Source: Patescibacteria group bacterium
Lineage (GTDB): Bacteria > Patescibacteriota > Minisyncoccia > Minisyncoccales > PWPS01
Direction of reading: 5' to 3'
NCBI GenBank assembly: GCA_051745165.1
Contig: JBNJDU010000003.1
Span: forward strand, 8,127-72,126
DNA: 64,000 nucleotides
Part shown: piece by piece, positions 61,340 through 64,000 of the stretch
How the letters are laid out: each line of letters opens with the position of its first letter
Position numbering within the stretch: the first letter of the stretch is position 1
Notes under the pieces: generated by a model
Told to the model about the DNA's origin: nothing
The model's database searches: none
The model's input: the letters and a program-made list of their open reading frames with translations, nothing else
Translations under genes and position numbers: made by a program

Positions 61340-62362
61340 ATGGCAAATAAAGAAACATTAGATATTTCATGGGGAACAATTTTAAAAATCTCCTTAACGG
61401 TGATTGGTTTCTTTTTGCTCTATCAAATTGCTGATATTGCTGTTTTGTTTGTTTTTGCCTTAATAATTTCTATTTTAGCCTCTCCTAGCATTGATTTTTT
61501 GAAAAAAGCAGGTGTGCCAAAATCAATTGCGGTAGTGAGTGTATATATGGTATTTTTTGGAATTATTAGTTTATTCTTATATCTCGCAATACCTGTTTTT
61601 TCTGAAGAAGTCAGAGCATTTTCAAGATTAATGCCTGAATATTTTGAACAAGTATCTCCGGTGTTGGAGGGTATAGGAGTGCAGGCCTTTGAAAGTGTAG
61701 AAGGTTTTCTAGAAACAGTTGATCAATCAAGCGAAATGATAGCCACTAATATTTTTAACGCATTAGCAGTTATTTTTGGTGGTATGTCTACCACTTTGTT
61801 TGTGATTACAATGGCTATATTTTTATCACTTGAAGATGGTGCCGTAGAAAAGGCAATAAGATTGATTTTTACAGAGAAAGATAAAAATCAAGCCTTGGTT
61901 GTTTGGAGAAAGGCAAAGCGACAAGTAACCAACTGGTTTTTTGTGAGAATATTAGCTTGTATATTCGTAGGTATAGCTTCTTACATTGCTTTTTATCTAT
62001 TTAATGTAGAATATGCTTTCCTTTTCGCTCTGATGGCTGGTTTGTTTAATTTTATTCCTTATGTTGGGCCAGTAGTTGCAGGAGGCGTATTTTTCGTTGT
62101 AATACTTCTTGACAGTGCTTGGAAAGCCTTTTTTGCTCTACTAGCATATGGAATAATTCAAACTATAGAAGGAAGTGTAGTTTCACCGCTTCTTTCAAAA
62201 AAATATATGGGACTTTCTCCAGTTTTAGTTCTTATTGCTTTAGTTATTGGTGGAACTCTTTGGGGATTCTTAGGGGCGTTATTAGCGATTCCTCTTTTGG
62301 GAATTTTATTTGAATTCTTTAAAGAGTTTATTGAAAGGAGAAAAAAGAGATTAACTGCTTAA
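61340..62362 (+). CDS. AI-2E family (PerM/UPF0118) transporter
   Basis: About 8 TM helices and the FNFIPYVGPVVAG motif typical of the family. Confidence 0.82.
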   Translation: MANKETLDISWGTILKISLTVIGFFLLYQIADIAVLFVFALIISILASPSIDFLKKAGVPKSIAVVSVYMVFFGIISLFLYLAIPVFSEEVRAFSRLMPEYFEQVSPVLEGIGVQAFESVEGFLETVDQSSEMIATNIFNALAVIFGGMSTTLFVITMAIFLSLEDGAVEKAIRLIFTEKDKNQALVVWRKAKRQVTNWFFVRILACIFVGIASYIAFYLFNVEYAFLFALMAGLFNFIPYVGPVVAGGVFFVVILLDSAWKAFFALLAYGIIQTIEGSVVSPLLSKKYMGLSPVLVLIALVIGGTLWGFLGALLAIPLLGILFEFFKEFIERRKKRLTA

Positions 62363-62366
62363 ACTC

Positions 62367-63032
62367 ATGCTTTATATTGTTGCTACCCCCATCGGTAATT
62401 TGTCTGATAGTTCGGATAGGATGATTGAAACTTTAAAAAAAGTTGATACAGTTTTGTGCGAAGATACAAGAGTAACTCGAAATCTTTGCAACAAATTCGG
62501 AATAGAAACCCCCTTGATTAGCTATCATCATCACAGCAATGATGCAAAAAAGGCAAAAATACTTAAAAAATTACAAGATGGTGAAGACTTAGCTTTAGTT
62601 ACTGATGCTGGAACTCCAGGAGTAGCCGATCCAGCAGGTAAACTTATAAATATGATAGTAGAAGGGGGAATGGATGTTGAAATAACTCCAATTCCAGGGC
62701 CGTCTGCAGTAGCTGCTGCAGCTAGTGTCTCCGGATTTTATATGAATAAGTTTACTTTTTTAGGCTTTCCACCTAAAAAGAAAAAAAGGACTCAGTTTTT
62801 TAAAGATATCTTCTCTTATGAACATCCGGTTATATTTTATGAATCCCCACACAGAATTTTAAAAACATTAAGTGCAATAAATAATATAGATGGTGAGAAA
62901 GAAGCGGTTGTTTGCAGAGAGTTAACTAAAAAATATGAAAGAATTTATAGAGGGAAAATTAAAGATGTTTTTAACAAATTAAACGAAGAACCACACACAA
63001 AGGGAGAATTTACAGTAATAATCAAAAATTAA
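62367..63032 (+). CDS. rsmI: 16S rRNA (cytidine1402-2'-O)-methyltransferase RsmI
   Basis: LYIVATPIGNLSD, CEDTRVT, TDAGTPGVADPG, GPSAV. Confidence 0.92.
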   Translation: MLYIVATPIGNLSDSSDRMIETLKKVDTVLCEDTRVTRNLCNKFGIETPLISYHHHSNDAKKAKILKKLQDGEDLALVTDAGTPGVADPAGKLINMIVEGGMDVEITPIPGPSAVAAAASVSGFYMNKFTFLGFPPKKKKRTQFFKDIFSYEHPVIFYESPHRILKTLSAINNIDGEKEAVVCRELTKKYERIYRGKIKDVFNKLNEEPHTKGEFTVIIKN

Positions 63033-63036
63033 TTTT

Positions 63037-64000
63037 ATGGATAAGTTTTACGTAACTACTAGTATAGCCTACACTAATGCCTCTCCGCATATTGGATTTG
63101 CTTTAGAGCTTATCCAGGCAGATGTGTTAGCAAGGCATAACAGAAAAAAAGGAAAAGACACCTTCTTTTTAACTGGAACTGATGAACATGGCCAAAAGAT
63201 TGCTCGAAAGGCGAAAGAAGAAGGGAAAGATCCTCAACAATTTGTTGATGATATTGTTCAAAGTTTTGATCAATTGATTAAAGATTTAAACATCTCCAAT
63301 GATGACTTTATTAGAACTACTGACAAGGAAAGGCACTGGCCTACAGCGCAAGCTTTGTGGAAGGAAATAGAAGAGCAAGGTGACTTATATAAGAAAAAAT
63401 ATACAGGAAGATACTGCGTTGGATGTGAAGCCTTTCTTACAGAAAAAGATTTAGTGGATGGGAAGTGTCCTAATCACGATACAGAGCCGGAAAAAGTAGA
63501 AGAAGAAAATTATTTCTTTAAGTTGTCTGAATATGAAGAAGAGATTAAAGATTTAATTGAAAGTGATGAATTAAACATTATCCCGGAGAGTAAAAAAAAT
63601 GAAATGCTTTCTTTTATTGATGATGGACTTGAAGATGTAAGCGTCTCTAGGTCTGAAGATAAATTAAAATGGGGAGTTCCTGTTCCTGATGATGAAAATC
63701 AAAGAATGTATGTTTGGGTTGATGCATTAAGCAACTATATTTCAGCTTTAGGATACGCAGAAAACAAAGAAGAGTTTGAAAAGTTTTGGCCGGCTGATGT
63801 TCATTGTATTGGTAAGGATATATTAAGATTCCACTCAATTATTTGGATTGGACTTCTTTTATCCGCTGGTTTGGAAATTCCTAAAAATATATTTGTTCAC
63901 GGATTTATAACTTCAAAAGGAAAGAAGATGTCTAAATCTCTCGGAAATGTTGTCGATCCTTTTGAACTACTTAAGGAGTATGGAACTGATCCGGTTAGAT
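63037..64000 (+). CDS. metG: Methionyl-tRNA synthetase, N-terminal 321 codons (continues beyond window end)
   Basis: Not in the ORF track because there is no stop in the window. YVTTSIAYTNASPHIGF (HIGH-like), Zn knuckle CVGCEAF...CPNH, and KMSKSLGN near the window end. Confidence 0.93.
   Translation, partial: MDKFYVTTSIAYTNASPHIGFALELIQADVLARHNRKKGKDTFFLTGTDEHGQKIARKAKEEGKDPQQFVDDIVQSFDQLIKDLNISNDDFIRTTDKERHWPTAQALWKEIEEQGDLYKKKYTGRYCVGCEAFLTEKDLVDGKCPNHDTEPEKVEEENYFFKLSEYEEEIKDLIESDELNIIPESKKNEMLSFIDDGLEDVSVSRSEDKLKWGVPVPDDENQRMYVWVDALSNYISALGYAENKEEFEKFWPADVHCIGKDILRFHSIIWIGLLLSAGLEIPKNIFVHGFITSKGKKMSKSLGNVVDPFELLKEYGTDPVR

Noticed and set aside
1-64000. Alternative genetic code (UGA as sense, as in some CPR lineages)
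   Set aside because: Several well-conserved genes, such as rsmA, the NIF3-family gene and polX, terminate at TGA at the expected protein length. No conserved gene needs read-through of TGA.

Overview
AT-rich (about one-third G+C by eye), very gene-dense bacterial chromosome segment. TGA is used as a stop, so the code is standard code 11. I count about 60 protein genes, 4 tRNAs and a tmRNA. The content looks like a Patescibacteria/CPR-like genome, which is inference only: streamlined housekeeping genes, five aminoacyl-tRNA synthetases, huge secreted or surface proteins, a T4SS-pilin-like gene, and archaeal/eukaryote-type Elp3 and presenilin homologues.

Gene layout:
- 1-8359 (-): rsmA followed by three tightly coupled genes for very large secreted LRR / Cys-rich proteins. 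The last one runs off the window and is missing from the ORF track.
- 8401-12347 (+): LysM-M23 peptidase, a small K/E-rich protein and a TraD/VirD4-like ATPase.
- 12344-20874 (-): rpsO, NYN, pnp, a 147-aa protein, a 1614-aa coiled-coil membrane protein and a DksA/TraR zinc finger, with almost no gaps.
- 20934-21788 (-): tRNA-Arg, a pilin-like gene and tRNA-Lys.
- 21862-47556 (mostly +): cca, nusA, clpP, rny, a ZIP transporter, tRNA-Gly/Pro, a 5'-3' exonuclease, a sensor kinase apparently split into three ORFs plus two CheY-like regulators, mutM, holA, rpsT, ruvA, murE, NIF3, a presenilin-like protease, the Elp3 / Trm9-like / Mth938 trio, greA, an HD protein, PolX, an L,D-transpeptidase plus DD-carboxypeptidase-like fusion, and NUDIX.
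- 47549-49514 (-): rplT, rpmI, infC (AUU start), tmRNA and smpB.
- 50175-64000 (+): argS, ileS, recO, glyQS, an M16 peptidase, an AI-2E transporter, rsmI and the 5' part of metG (edge-truncated, also missing from the ORF track).

Most interesting observations:
1. A family of about 150-260 nt intergenic elements at three loci (27899-28154, 35520-35665, 49551-49758). They have conserved inverted arms, a conserved CCAGCG hairpin tip and fully compensated, copy-specific stems. This suggests a structured RNA or DNA element I cannot assign to any family.
2. A 1614-aa bitopic protein co-oriented with pnp. It has six ~135-aa coiled-coil modules, each carrying a paired RW motif, and an extracellular SH3b-like domain.
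3. A divergent Elp3 / Trm9-like pair with a translationally coupled Mth938-domain gene.
4. An operon of secreted proteins with plant-type LRRs.
5. Leader structures upstream of greA (uORF with an RPPW motif plus an SD-sequestering hairpin) and nusA (terminator-like hairpin).

No CRISPR array, transposase, rRNA or prophage was seen.
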